A stretch of 64,000 nucleotides of DNA from an uncultured Clostridia bacterium (lineage in GTDB: Bacteria > Bacillota > Clostridia > Oscillospirales > Ruminococcaceae). The position numbers and the translations under genes were made by a program. Positions within the stretch are counted from its first letter, which is position 1, and every line of letters starts with the position of its first letter. The stretch lies in contig CAMMMX010000018.1 of NCBI GenBank assembly GCA_946498095.1, forward strand, positions 765 through 64,764, given 5' to 3'. Below, in pieces: positions 55,598-64,000 of the stretch. Below the pieces are notes generated by a model. The model was given only the letters and a program-made list of their open reading frames with translations, did not search any database and was not told the DNA's origin.

Positions 55598-56557
55598 ATG
55601 GTACCAGGATGGATGAGGAACCTGGCACAGGAGACTGGACTTAACTGTTCGGAGAAACGAGGCGTTATATACGGTGAGTATAACGGCTGCCGCGTGACTG
55701 TACACATGAACCAGCAGCAGAGGCGAGTCTTTGTTCAGTTTTGGACGAAGGAGAGCGGACAGTATCCGACTGGGGAGAAGCTGGCAGATTTTTTAGCAGC
55801 CTACCCGCAGCAGAATACGCAGGTACAGTCTGCGCAGACGCAGGGGAATGCGGCGATTTTGGTGCTGAAACTGTCCAGTGCCAAAAAGACCGGCGCAGCG
55901 GTCAAGGCTGCTGTGACGGATACGGCGGATTTTCTGCGCCGTAACGGTTACGTGTCCTGCTGTGAGCAGTGCGGCACAGAGGAAGGCTTGTCCACTTATG
56001 TGGTGAACGGCGGCGTGACGGTACGTTGCAGCGCCTGCTACCAACAGCTGCAGGAGGGCTTGCATGCGGCCAAACAGGAGATCAAGGCTAGGCGTGGCAA
56101 TATGTTTACCGGAGTAATCGGTTCGTTTGTGGGAGCGCTGATAGGCGTCATTGTTTGGGTCATCATCTACCAGATGGGTTATGTTGCCGGGCTGGCAGGG
56201 CTGGTGCTGGCGGTTTGCGCGCTGAAGGGCTACGAGCTGCTTGGTGGCAAGCTCAATGCGGGCGGACTTGCGATTTCCTGCGTTATCGCAGTGGTAATGG
56301 CTTTTGTGGCGCACAACGTCGGATTTGGTTTGATCATTTACCAGGAGATCGGTAAGGAGATTGGCGCGACGGTGTTTGAGTCCATCCGCCTCATTCCCGA
56401 TTTCCTTTCTCTCAGCGGCGAAATCAGCGGGGCTTATGTGCAGGATTTGGTGATCGGATATTTGTTGATGATCGTCGCGGCGGTACCGACCATTATCGGT
56501 ATGTACAGGTCCAAGAATTTGCTGATGACAATGGAGCAGCTTCCCGACGTCGCTTGA
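55598..56557 (+). CDS. hypothetical zinc-ribbon membrane protein (319 aa)
   Basis: Soluble N-terminal domain, CCEQCG...CSACY (CxxC-x17-CxxC), then ~4-5 TM helices. AAAGGGGA RBS. Confidence 0.6.
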   Translation: MVPGWMRNLAQETGLNCSEKRGVIYGEYNGCRVTVHMNQQQRRVFVQFWTKESGQYPTGEKLADFLAAYPQQNTQVQSAQTQGNAAILVLKLSSAKKTGAAVKAAVTDTADFLRRNGYVSCCEQCGTEEGLSTYVVNGGVTVRCSACYQQLQEGLHAAKQEIKARRGNMFTGVIGSFVGALIGVIVWVIIYQMGYVAGLAGLVLAVCALKGYELLGGKLNAGGLAISCVIAVVMAFVAHNVGFGLIIYQEIGKEIGATVFESIRLIPDFLSLSGEISGAYVQDLVIGYLLMIVAAVPTIIGMYRSKNLLMTMEQLPDVA

Positions 56558-56669
56558 GGGCGTATGATAAACAGGGAACTGTCTTTGAACAGATCCTGCT
56601 ACAAGGGTAGCTATCCTTGAGATGGGGCAGTCTTGTGACGGTTTGGACACAAAAGAGGCGCTTATCGAA

Positions 56670-56702
56670 ACCCGGCTGGTACATGGAACGTGCCAGCCGG
56701 GT
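56670..56702. terminator. bidirectional hairpin between convergent genes, at the island boundary
   Basis: 13-bp stem ACCCGGCTGGTAC / GTGCCAGCCGGGT, followed by TGTGCTTTATT. Confidence 0.55.
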
Positions 56703-56708
56703 TGTGCT

Positions 56709-57683
56709 TTATTCCGATGTCTCTGTTTCGCCGGTGAAATCAAGGTAGCATGCTTGGCATTCCACCATAGATATTGGCTGTAAACTTTCGGAATCTGCCC
56801 GCTGCAAAATTAGTCCAATCAGGATGTGTTTTCCATCGGAAGGAATACAGTTGGTACTAATTTGAGTAGAAATTTTTTGATTTATTCCCTTACTGGCTCC
56901 CCAGTCTAAATATCTTTTGTTGTCAAAGGCGGGGATAATTTTTCCATCAAGTAAGATTAACGCGGTATATTCACCGGAATAATCTTCCTGGTTACAATTA
57001 ACGATCAGATGTAGCCCTTCTTCTGTAATTTCAGAAAATTCAAATGAACCAGGTTCACTCATTTTTGCGGTAATACTTGTCAAATTGTTACAAGTAACTT
57101 CCTCAAACGCATTGCTTGCGCTTTCCGGAGATTGGGAAGGTGTTACGTGATCTGCTATATGGATAGGGCGTACAGGAAACTCCATTATGTTGGGGGTAGC
57201 GTAGGCGATACTATTCGGCCACAAGTCGTAGCCAAAGAGAGCAATTCCGCTTAAATAGGCTATCTCGCCTCCGTTAAGAAACTCTGGATGAAGAAATACA
57301 TCGAAGGTATGGAGTTCGTTTGTTCCAAATCGATCTAGGTAGTGGATTTCCTGCATTTTTCCACCATTTAACGAAGTAGGTACGATGCGGTTGTTAACAA
57401 AGAATATAAGCAATCCATTGATGTTATTGTGATTGTCAAAGTCATCTAATTTAAGAGATAATTTTATGTCGATTCCTCTCCCATCGTAATTCAGAGAAAG
57501 CTTGCTACCCTCTGGTAAGTTTGTCCACTCATCCAAATATAAATTGGTGGCACCTCCTATAATGCCGGAACTGTTGGAACTGGTACCAATAGATGTCGTC
57601 ACGACAGTTGGATTACTTGTACTACAGCTACTGAGCAACAGGACAAGGGGGAGCAGACAGTAAAAAAATCGTTTCTTTTTCAT
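56709..57683 (-). CDS. lipoprotein, paralogue 1 of an uncharacterised two-repeat family (324 aa)
   Basis: Signal peptide with lipobox LLSSC. C-terminal half is homologous to 62317-63282 and 63464-64000 (YTALILLDGKIIPAFDNKRYLDW...DGKHIL). Has its own promoter region and terminator. Confidence 0.7.
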   Translation of the reverse strand: MKKKRFFYCLLPLVLLLSSCSTSNPTVVTTSIGTSSNSSGIIGGATNLYLDEWTNLPEGSKLSLNYDGRGIDIKLSLKLDDFDNHNNINGLLIFFVNNRIVPTSLNGGKMQEIHYLDRFGTNELHTFDVFLHPEFLNGGEIAYLSGIALFGYDLWPNSIAYATPNIMEFPVRPIHIADHVTPSQSPESASNAFEEVTCNNLTSITAKMSEPGSFEFSEITEEGLHLIVNCNQEDYSGEYTALILLDGKIIPAFDNKRYLDWGASKGINQKISTQISTNCIPSDGKHILIGLILQRADSESLQPISMVECQACYLDFTGETETSE

Positions 57684-57837
57684 GTATATCCACCTCTTTT
57701 TTTATCATTCATCCTACATCCGTTATAAAAACATATATTTGTTCTTTTCCTTATCATAATATAACAAAATAAAATAATCTAATGGTAATTATAACAAAAT
57801 AACAGAAAAATAATTGTACACAATGCCTAAATTGGGG

Positions 57838-57868
57838 CAAAAAACAAGCCGGTTATAAACACCGGCTT
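57838..57868 (-). terminator. intrinsic terminator after the ABC-2 operon
   Basis: Minus strand reads AAGCCGGT / ACCGGCTT stem followed by GTTTTTTG. Confidence 0.75.
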
Positions 57869-57882
57869 CATAAAAAGACAAT

Positions 57883-58962
57883 TTATCCGCGTTGTGACGC
57901 AGGCGCGTAGGAGAAGCGGCCCCAGAATAGCAGGAGCAGAGACAGCAGTACCAGAAAGACGATGGATATGACCAGATTCCCGACACCGCTTAATGTATGA
58001 TAGGATGCGAAGGCTTCAAAGCCACCGGCTTGCACGCCGTAGGATAAATCGGAGAACACAGGCGCGATACCTTGCAGCGCCATCGGCGCCATAACCAGGA
58101 ATGCGCTGGCAAAACAGATGGCGATCATCCGTTTCATCAGTGCGGATAACGTGACAATCAGGACTGCAATACCGAGCATGAACAGGAAGCGGTATAGATA
58201 AACGCTCCAAAAGTACGTGCGCATAGTCAGTGCGTAGGGGCATCCGGAAAAAGTCTGGATACTTTGCAGTGGCGCATCCCAACCCGGCAGCCGGTATCTT
58301 TGTACGTTCAGCAGCATATCCGCGCCAAAGAAGAGGGCAGACACGCAAACAGCATATACAAGCGACGCTGCTACCTTTGCCCAATATGTCCGGCCGCGGC
58401 CGCGGCGAGACGAAAGAAGAATTTGGAAAGCGCCCGACGAAAACTCCATTGCAAAGGCGGGAGCGATGACCACTAGCAGGGCAAGCAGTAACGGGATATC
58501 AATGAACATCCCCTTTAGGTACTTATCCCAATCCAGATCGTAGAAAAACTGCGGCGACGCAGGGAAGGAGTCCCCCTGTGCAAGGAAGTACTGGTATTTT
58601 TCGTAGACCTTCTCAAAGGTCGGCTGCTTAGCCTGGGCATCATACAGCTCGGTTTGGTAGGCGTCGTAGGTGTCAGCGTCGATTTCACCGGCGAAGTATT
58701 TTTCCTTCATTTCGCTTTCCAACGCCAGCGTTTCATTGAGACGGGTGTTCTCCGCCTCGATTTGCTCTGCTTTTTCCGCCGTCAGCTCGCCCTGGTACTG
58801 CTCCATGTAACGACGGTAGATCGATTTGTTGATCTGACTGTAGGTACCGTCGCCCGGTGTGTAAAGCAGCAGGAGAATTTTGACCACAAATAAAAGCAGT
58901 ACGGCGATCCACATTTTCCGGTTCAGCAGCAGCTTGTTTAATTCATATCCCAGAAGCTTCAT
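57883..58962 (-). CDS. ABC-2 type permease, paralogue B (359 aa)
   Basis: TM1, a ~130-aa hydrophilic Glu/Lys/Tyr-rich loop, then 5 TM segments. The VVIAPAFAMEFSSGAFQILLSSRRGRGRTYWAKV block is shared with the 427-aa permease. Overlaps the ATPase gene. Confidence 0.75.
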   Translation of the reverse strand: MKLLGYELNKLLLNRKMWIAVLLLFVVKILLLLYTPGDGTYSQINKSIYRRYMEQYQGELTAEKAEQIEAENTRLNETLALESEMKEKYFAGEIDADTYDAYQTELYDAQAKQPTFEKVYEKYQYFLAQGDSFPASPQFFYDLDWDKYLKGMFIDIPLLLALLVVIAPAFAMEFSSGAFQILLSSRRGRGRTYWAKVAASLVYAVCVSALFFGADMLLNVQRYRLPGWDAPLQSIQTFSGCPYALTMRTYFWSVYLYRFLFMLGIAVLIVTLSALMKRMIAICFASAFLVMAPMALQGIAPVFSDLSYGVQAGGFEAFASYHTLSGVGNLVISIVFLVLLSLLLLFWGRFSYAPASQRG

Positions 58963-59870
58963 ATACCAACCTCGCCGAAGTAATACAGGTAGACGTCCTC
59001 CAGAGATGCCGGCACGGGTGTTGCGGTCTCGGACGGCCTCTCATCCGACAGTACCCGCAGTGCGGTCAATCCGTTTTCTGCGTTGGTGGCTTCTGCTTCC
59101 TCCTCTGTCTCAGACACCTTGGTAATGTTGGATATTTTGTATTTCTGCATGAAGGACGGGACCTCCGCTGCCAACACCTTGATGTCCCAGACTTTTCCTT
59201 CCATTTCGGCAAGCAGGGACGAGACATCGGTATCCCGGATCAGCTGCCCTTGACGCAGCAACAGTACGTCCTTGGCGATGTACTCCACGTCGGACACGAT
59301 ATGCGTCGCCAGGATGACGATACGGTCAAAGGAAATTTTTGAAATGATGTTGCGGAAGCGGATGCGCTCCTTGGGATCGAGACCGGCGGTCGGCTCGTCG
59401 AGGATAAGCACCTTGGGGTCGTTGAGCAACGCGACGGCAATGCCCAAACGCTGCCGCATGCCGCCGGAGTACTGTCCAGCCTTTCGGGAAGCGTCGGCGG
59501 TGAGGTTGACTAGCTCGAGCAGCTCGTCGATACGCGCCTCGATCGCCTTTTTGTCATCCATGCCTTTGAGACAGCCGTAATAGCGCAGCAGGCTGCGTGC
59601 AGAAAAGCTGTTGTACAGTCCGGCGCTCTGTGGCAGGAAGCCAAGCACGGCACGGAATTTGTCCCCAAGCTTGTAGATGCTTTCGCCGTTGTAGGTGATC
59701 GTCCCGGCAGTGGGGCGGAGAATGTCAGCGGTCATATTCATCAGGGTGGACTTGCCGGCGCCGTTGGGGCCGAGCAGGGCGTACACGCCTTCGGTCAGCG
59801 TCGCGGAGAAGTCCACGAGCGCGCGCTTTTTGCCATAGTTTTTGCATACATTGTCGAATTTCAGTTCCAT
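58959..59870 (-). CDS. ABC transporter ATP-binding protein (ABC-2/DrrA-like)
   Basis: Walker A GPNGAGKST, signature YSGGMRQR, Walker B LILDEPTAGLD, H-loop ILATH. Has an extra C-terminal domain. Confidence 0.9.
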   Translation of the reverse strand: MELKFDNVCKNYGKKRALVDFSATLTEGVYALLGPNGAGKSTLMNMTADILRPTAGTITYNGESIYKLGDKFRAVLGFLPQSAGLYNSFSARSLLRYYGCLKGMDDKKAIEARIDELLELVNLTADASRKAGQYSGGMRQRLGIAVALLNDPKVLILDEPTAGLDPKERIRFRNIISKISFDRIVILATHIVSDVEYIAKDVLLLRQGQLIRDTDVSSLLAEMEGKVWDIKVLAAEVPSFMQKYKISNITKVSETEEEAEATNAENGLTALRVLSDERPSETATPVPASLEDVYLYYFGEVGI

Positions 59871-61153
59871 TACGACAAAGCCTCCTTTGATTTTTTCCGC
59901 AGCAATCTGACAGGGTTCCAGCTGGAAAGGGAGACCTGGCGGGTGTAAGCGAAATAGGCGAGGGTAATCAGCACCGCGATGAGCAGCAGCGTCAGCGCGA
60001 TATTGACGGTGAGGCGGTAGACGGGGAAACCGAAGAGGTTGACGACGTCAAACTTCTCAAAGAAGGCCAAGGGATTGTACAGCGCGGTAAAGGAGTAGGT
60101 CTGCAGGTCCTTGAAGAGGTAGAATTTAGAAAAGTTAATATCGCTGAAACCGACCTGATACCCCGCTGCATATTGCTGCAGAAACAGCAGAGATATTGAC
60201 ATAGCTCCGCCAATGATAAACGGAAACAGGACACTTTTGAACAGGCAGGACACCAAAAGTGTAAAAAAGACTACGACTAGATAAAAAAGGATTCGGAACA
60301 AGTACAACAGCAAAAGTGTTTGAAGAATGTTGATGGAATAAGGGCACATTTGAAAGTCGGGAATACTTTGCAATGGCTGAAGCAACCCGGCAAACATATC
60401 AAACCGGAGGGAATAAACAGCAAATTTGATGATAAGTAGAATCAGCGTAAAGGCCAAAGTAAAAATAGTGCAAGCCAGAAGCTTGGCAAGAAAGGTCTTT
60501 CCACGCCCTCTCCTGGACGAGAAGACGAGATAAAAAGCGCCTTTTTCATGCTCGGAACAAAATACGGGAGCGATGACGACAACCAGAAAAGCAAGAAGCA
60601 GAAAGTCCATGACGGAAATGCTGGCTCTGCCAAGCCAATTCGTCCACCCACTACTGTTATAGATGGAGAAATCCTTTTTGTACTGGTAAGCTTCAATTAC
60701 TCTGTCACTTTGTCGAACCAGAAATTCGTTGGTGTAGGGAGAAAGATCCAGCTGTTTTTGTTTGACTTTCATGGCGTTTTGCAGAACAAGCTTAATGGTA
60801 TCGTGGTAGGTATCAAAATATTTAACCTGCTCATGCAGTTTTTGATAGATCAAGCGATCCTGGTAAGCATAGGGACCGTATTGTCCGGGAGCTTGGTTAT
60901 CGTCGGTAGAGGCAGATTCCAGGCGGCTGTATTCGTTATAAATTTCGTTTTTGCAGTCGTCGACGCTTTGACCCTGGTATTGTTGGAAGAGCTTATTTTC
61001 ATAAGAGGCGGTGGAGAAATAGCCTTCCGGGTCAAAAAAACCAAGGGTTTGCAGAAGCATGACAATATATACCACTCCGACCAAAACGGCGGTGACGAGA
61101 AAAAACTTGCTGACGGTCATTTTTTTCAGTTCGGCACGTATCAGGCGCAACAA
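59870..61153 (-). CDS. ABC-2 type permease, paralogue A (427 aa)
   Basis: Same architecture as 57883-58962, with the VVIAPVFCSEHEKGAFYLVFSSRRGRGKTFLAKL block. Confidence 0.75.
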   Translation of the reverse strand: MLRLIRAELKKMTVSKFFLVTAVLVGVVYIVMLLQTLGFFDPEGYFSTASYENKLFQQYQGQSVDDCKNEIYNEYSRLESASTDDNQAPGQYGPYAYQDRLIYQKLHEQVKYFDTYHDTIKLVLQNAMKVKQKQLDLSPYTNEFLVRQSDRVIEAYQYKKDFSIYNSSGWTNWLGRASISVMDFLLLAFLVVVIAPVFCSEHEKGAFYLVFSSRRGRGKTFLAKLLACTIFTLAFTLILLIIKFAVYSLRFDMFAGLLQPLQSIPDFQMCPYSINILQTLLLLYLFRILFYLVVVFFTLLVSCLFKSVLFPFIIGGAMSISLLFLQQYAAGYQVGFSDINFSKFYLFKDLQTYSFTALYNPLAFFEKFDVVNLFGFPVYRLTVNIALTLLLIAVLITLAYFAYTRQVSLSSWNPVRLLRKKSKEALS

Positions 61154-61173
61154 TGGTATTGTCCCCCTTCTCT

Positions 61174-62262
61174 TTATGCGGCAATGTATTTGATTTCTTT
61201 CTTCTCCATGTCATAGTGGATGACCGATATTTCTATAATCCCATCCTCTATCGTACCAACCAGAAAATAAAAATCCTTGTCATTGGCACGATAGAGATCG
61301 CTGAGGTTATATCCCTCTATCAGCTTTTCCGCGTTTTCTCCGTTTAAATCCATACGCCAAATATCATCTAACGCATTTGTTGAATCTGGTTTGCTATAAT
61401 AAATGTATTTGTCTTCGATAATGGGCCGTCCAATAGAACTGGCAATTTTTTTCTTGTCCGTTCCATCTGTCCGGCAGGAATAGAGCGTCCCTGCATCATT
61501 GCAAAAGTAAAGACGTTGATTTTCTTCTGAATAGCTCAAAGCAGTCACCCGCTCAGAGGCATCCAGCAAAGGGGTGCAATCTTTGAAATCCAGGTCGTAT
61601 TGTAACACCTGATACGTAGAACTGCACACAAAAGTCATTTTTTCCGTAAACTGCACGTCAATCCAAATGTCCATGGAATCCAAGCATTCACCAGTCTCCG
61701 GATCGATCACTTTCGTATACTGTCCAGAATATGAGATGTAACAAAGATTTTGTTCAGCGGAGAAATTTACATCTGATATGTAAAAATTGGTGGAAACAGT
61801 ATCTCCTTCTGCGGTATCATCGACAAAATCCGGATATTTTTCAAAGATAAAGTCTGGATGTTCTTTGTTTTCGTATATCAACTCTTTTGTTGTGCCATTT
61901 ACTTGATACAGTTTATTTTTGTCGGTATAAAAGACTCGATCCGGATAAGCATAATATTTCTGATCTTGCCGCAGATACGCCGTACACTCGGGGGTATCAT
62001 GCATACATCCGGGAAGGGGGCAGTGTACCATCTTTTCGCCGGTGCGAATGTCCGTCTCAAAAAGAACCGCCTGATCAAACGCATGGGTGTAAGGGTGGCT
62101 GTTCATAAAATAAAAGTTTGTATCATCATGCATTAAGAATTCGCCTCGACCCCGAATAGGACCGACGCCACCCAAAATATTGTACTGGTTGGAACAGGAA
62201 CAGCAGAAAAACAGTAGGCAGGTGAGAGAAAGCACAGAAAATTGTTTCAACATTTTTTTCAT
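61174..62262 (-). CDS. secreted/lipoprotein with DUF5050-like beta-propeller repeats (362 aa)
   Basis: Signal peptide ending in CCSCS, CPLPGCMHDTPEC motif, and repeated ..YY....LY..../IYYS...D.IWRMDLNG..AEKL blades. Confidence 0.6.
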   Translation of the reverse strand: MKKMLKQFSVLSLTCLLFFCCSCSNQYNILGGVGPIRGRGEFLMHDDTNFYFMNSHPYTHAFDQAVLFETDIRTGEKMVHCPLPGCMHDTPECTAYLRQDQKYYAYPDRVFYTDKNKLYQVNGTTKELIYENKEHPDFIFEKYPDFVDDTAEGDTVSTNFYISDVNFSAEQNLCYISYSGQYTKVIDPETGECLDSMDIWIDVQFTEKMTFVCSSTYQVLQYDLDFKDCTPLLDASERVTALSYSEENQRLYFCNDAGTLYSCRTDGTDKKKIASSIGRPIIEDKYIYYSKPDSTNALDDIWRMDLNGENAEKLIEGYNLSDLYRANDKDFYFLVGTIEDGIIEISVIHYDMEKKEIKYIAA

Positions 62263-62316
62263 AATACACCATCCTTTCGCGCCGTCAGACTTGTGAGAGC
62301 TTTACAAAGCCAGTCA

Positions 62317-63282
62317 TTACAAATCCAAAAAGACAAGTTGAGAAGGGCAAACGGCAATTAAATCGCCGTCTTTTTTTGTTCGATTGATTACAACAGAGGA
62401 CATGATATGCTTTCCCTCTTTAGGAAGGACAGCGGGATCTATTTGCTTCATAATAGGTTTTTCATTACCGTTTTTATTGTCCCATTCCAAATATGGTTTG
62501 CCATCAAAGCCATTGATAGGTTTCCCATCAAGAAACAACATTGCCGTATAGGATCCTTCTTCCAGAATACCGCTGTTAAAGAAAAGTTCTTGATTATGAA
62601 GAGATTTAATATGGTAATTGTTTGGATTTTCTGGAGTAGTAGTTATGTATGTATAATAAGCTGTAGTGTCGTCAAAATAGTCAAAAGAGGAACATACTTC
62701 ATTGGAGCGATCAGAATGGTTTTCGATTTCATCACTGGGCTGAATTGCTATATGATATGATGTAGAGATGCTTTCCTGTGCATATGATATATCTTCAGGA
62801 AAAACATTATAATCTGAATATGTGACAACCGTTAACACAGATTGTTCTGTCAGCGGAACTTGATCTAAGTTGATTCTAAGCTCATGTATTTGCTGTTTAC
62901 CCTCAAAAGTATGATAGATGACTTCTTCATCGGAACTATCATCCATAGAAAAGGGAACACGTTTTCCATCAATTAAAACAAATGTGCAAGCATCTATTTT
63001 GTTACGGGTTGAAGATGTAATTTGAGCTTCGTAGCGTAAAACCAAGTCGTTTCCATGATAGGAAAGCTGACGGTTTTCAAGACAATCAACCCATTCCTCG
63101 CCCTGCTTACTCAATAGACGAAAAGAACCTTTTTTGACTTCCTGAGATAATTCACTTGAGGTATTTAAAGATGTGCTATCATCCGGAATGACTTTTTCTA
63201 CTTCCGAATTTGAACAAGAGCAAAGCACGAAAATCAGTTGAACTAACATGATAGATAAAGATATATAGTAAATACGTCTCAT
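62317..63282 (-). CDS. lipoprotein, paralogue 2 of the uncharacterised family (321 aa)
   Basis: Signal peptide ending in LCSCS. YTAMLFLDGKPINGFDGKPYLEWDNKNGNEKP...EGKHIMSSVVINR. Confidence 0.7.
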   Translation of the reverse strand: MRRIYYISLSIMLVQLIFVLCSCSNSEVEKVIPDDSTSLNTSSELSQEVKKGSFRLLSKQGEEWVDCLENRQLSYHGNDLVLRYEAQITSSTRNKIDACTFVLIDGKRVPFSMDDSSDEEVIYHTFEGKQQIHELRINLDQVPLTEQSVLTVVTYSDYNVFPEDISYAQESISTSYHIAIQPSDEIENHSDRSNEVCSSFDYFDDTTAYYTYITTTPENPNNYHIKSLHNQELFFNSGILEEGSYTAMLFLDGKPINGFDGKPYLEWDNKNGNEKPIMKQIDPAVLPKEGKHIMSSVVINRTKKDGDLIAVCPSQLVFLDL

Positions 63283-63463
63283 ATCCGAAAGCTCCCAATT
63301 GTTAGAATTTTCATTGTTTGAAAGCGATCCGCATCAATAAAGCCATCGAGTAAAGTGATTTTACCAACCGAATGTTGACAGTGCTTGTTCCCTTTTTCGA
63401 GACGACCACTGAATTAAGTTGTTTGATTCTGTAGTTCGGCTCTTCATATCAGCATTCATAAAA

Positions 63464-64000
63464 CTAATTCTCAAGATCCAAATACAAGTACTGGGACATG
63501 CTACAGGTCACCACTTCATTATCGCCGACTTTACTTTTATTAATTACAATGGTTGAGAGGTAATGTTTACCGCTGGCAGGGAGAATTTCTGGATCCAGTT
63601 CTTTCAATACAGGATTCTTATTATCATCAGTGTTCTCCCATTCCAGATAAGGCTTTCCATCAAATGCGTTAACAGGTTTGCCGTCCAATAAAACCATAGC
63701 GGTAAAGGATCCAACCCCCAGAGCGCCACTGTGAAAATAGATAGGGGTATCTTGCAAGGAGGTAACACAAAAATTGTTGATGGACTCAGGTGTCGCGGTG
63801 ATGCAGGCATAAGAATTTGAAGGCTTAGTGTACCGTTCCATATTGGTACAGACTTCGTCATCACGATTACTCTGATTGTCCAGGGGAACGCTGGACTCGA
63901 TGTAAACATAATTAGGTGAGGAGACATGTTCATACGCGTCTACGACAGTTTGAGGGATCCCATCCGTTATATCGTACCCCCATAAAGTAACAACAGTAAG
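63464..64000 (-). CDS. lipoprotein, paralogue 3 (partial, with the N-terminus beyond the window end)
   Basis: My own back-translation shows the frame stays open from 63841 to 64000 (LTVVTLWGYDITDGIP...DEVCTNMERYTK...). It is collinear with paralogue 2 (LTVVTYSDYNVFPEDIS...NEVCSSFDYF...). Confidence 0.65.
   Translation of the reverse strand, partial: LTVVTLWGYDITDGIPQTVVDAYEHVSSPNYVYIESSVPLDNQSNRDDEVCTNMERYTKPSNSYACITATPESINNFCVTSLQDTPIYFHSGALGVGSFTAMVLLDGKPVNAFDGKPYLEWENTDDNKNPVLKELDPEILPASGKHYLSTIVINKSKVGDNEVVTCSMSQYLYLDLEN

Noticed and set aside
1-64000. Scan for CRISPR arrays, tRNA/rRNA genes, IS elements, integrases, and toxin-antitoxin or known defence gene signatures
   Set aside because: I saw no regularly spaced direct repeats, no cloverleaf-capable conserved tRNA boxes in the intergenic regions, and no transposase, recombinase, nuclease or helicase-like ORFs. 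The low-GC patches lack flanking direct repeats, so no mobile element call is supportable.

Overview
This 64-kb window looks like chromosomal DNA from a moderately high-GC Firmicute. Gene content, gene order and GGAGG-type RBSs suggest a Clostridia gut anaerobe of the Oscillospiraceae/Ruminococcaceae type, but that is inference only. Most of the window is housekeeping. It contains a PyrR-attenuated pyrR-pyrC-pyrF-carA-carB operon, a PucR-like regulator, and ftsE-ftsX with a coiled-coil M23 peptidase and an S41 protease. These are followed by an AI-2E permease, a B12-domain-less MetH-like methyltransferase and uppP. Next come a MarR-controlled heterodimeric ABC exporter, pdxK with an ECF S-component, pepF and rlmD. 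The division and shape block runs zapA, U32 peptidase, dut, DUF4321, maf, mreBCD, mrdA, a minD-like gene and mgsA, followed by hisS-aspS. I found no rRNA, tRNA, CRISPR array, IS element or integrase. Visibly AT-richer accessory patches interrupt this backbone. They are a cytoplasmic hydrolase/discoidin cluster (95-3745), a streptothricin-acetyltransferase-like GNAT next to decayed DNA (21.8-23.2 kb), and an extended sigma factor with a C39-like peptidase and a decayed AraC gene (29.3-33.2 kb). Further patches are three tandem Arc-like ribbon-helix-helix genes (35.7-36.9 kb), two orphan stretches (38.8-39.3 and 40.7-41.2 kb), and a low-GC island at the 3' end (56.7-64 kb). That island encodes three paralogous lipoproteins, a DUF5050-like lipoprotein and a permease-ATPase-permease ABC-2 transporter. 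The observations I rank highest are: (1) carA has lost all three glutaminase triad residues yet stays intact and operonic with carB; (2) the uncharacterised lipoprotein/ABC-2 island; (3) the triplicated, separately promoted Arc-like genes; (4) an mgsA product lacking the conserved His/Asp motif next to an orphan minD in a cluster missing minC, minE and rodA. All family calls come from motif recognition by eye, with no searches run.
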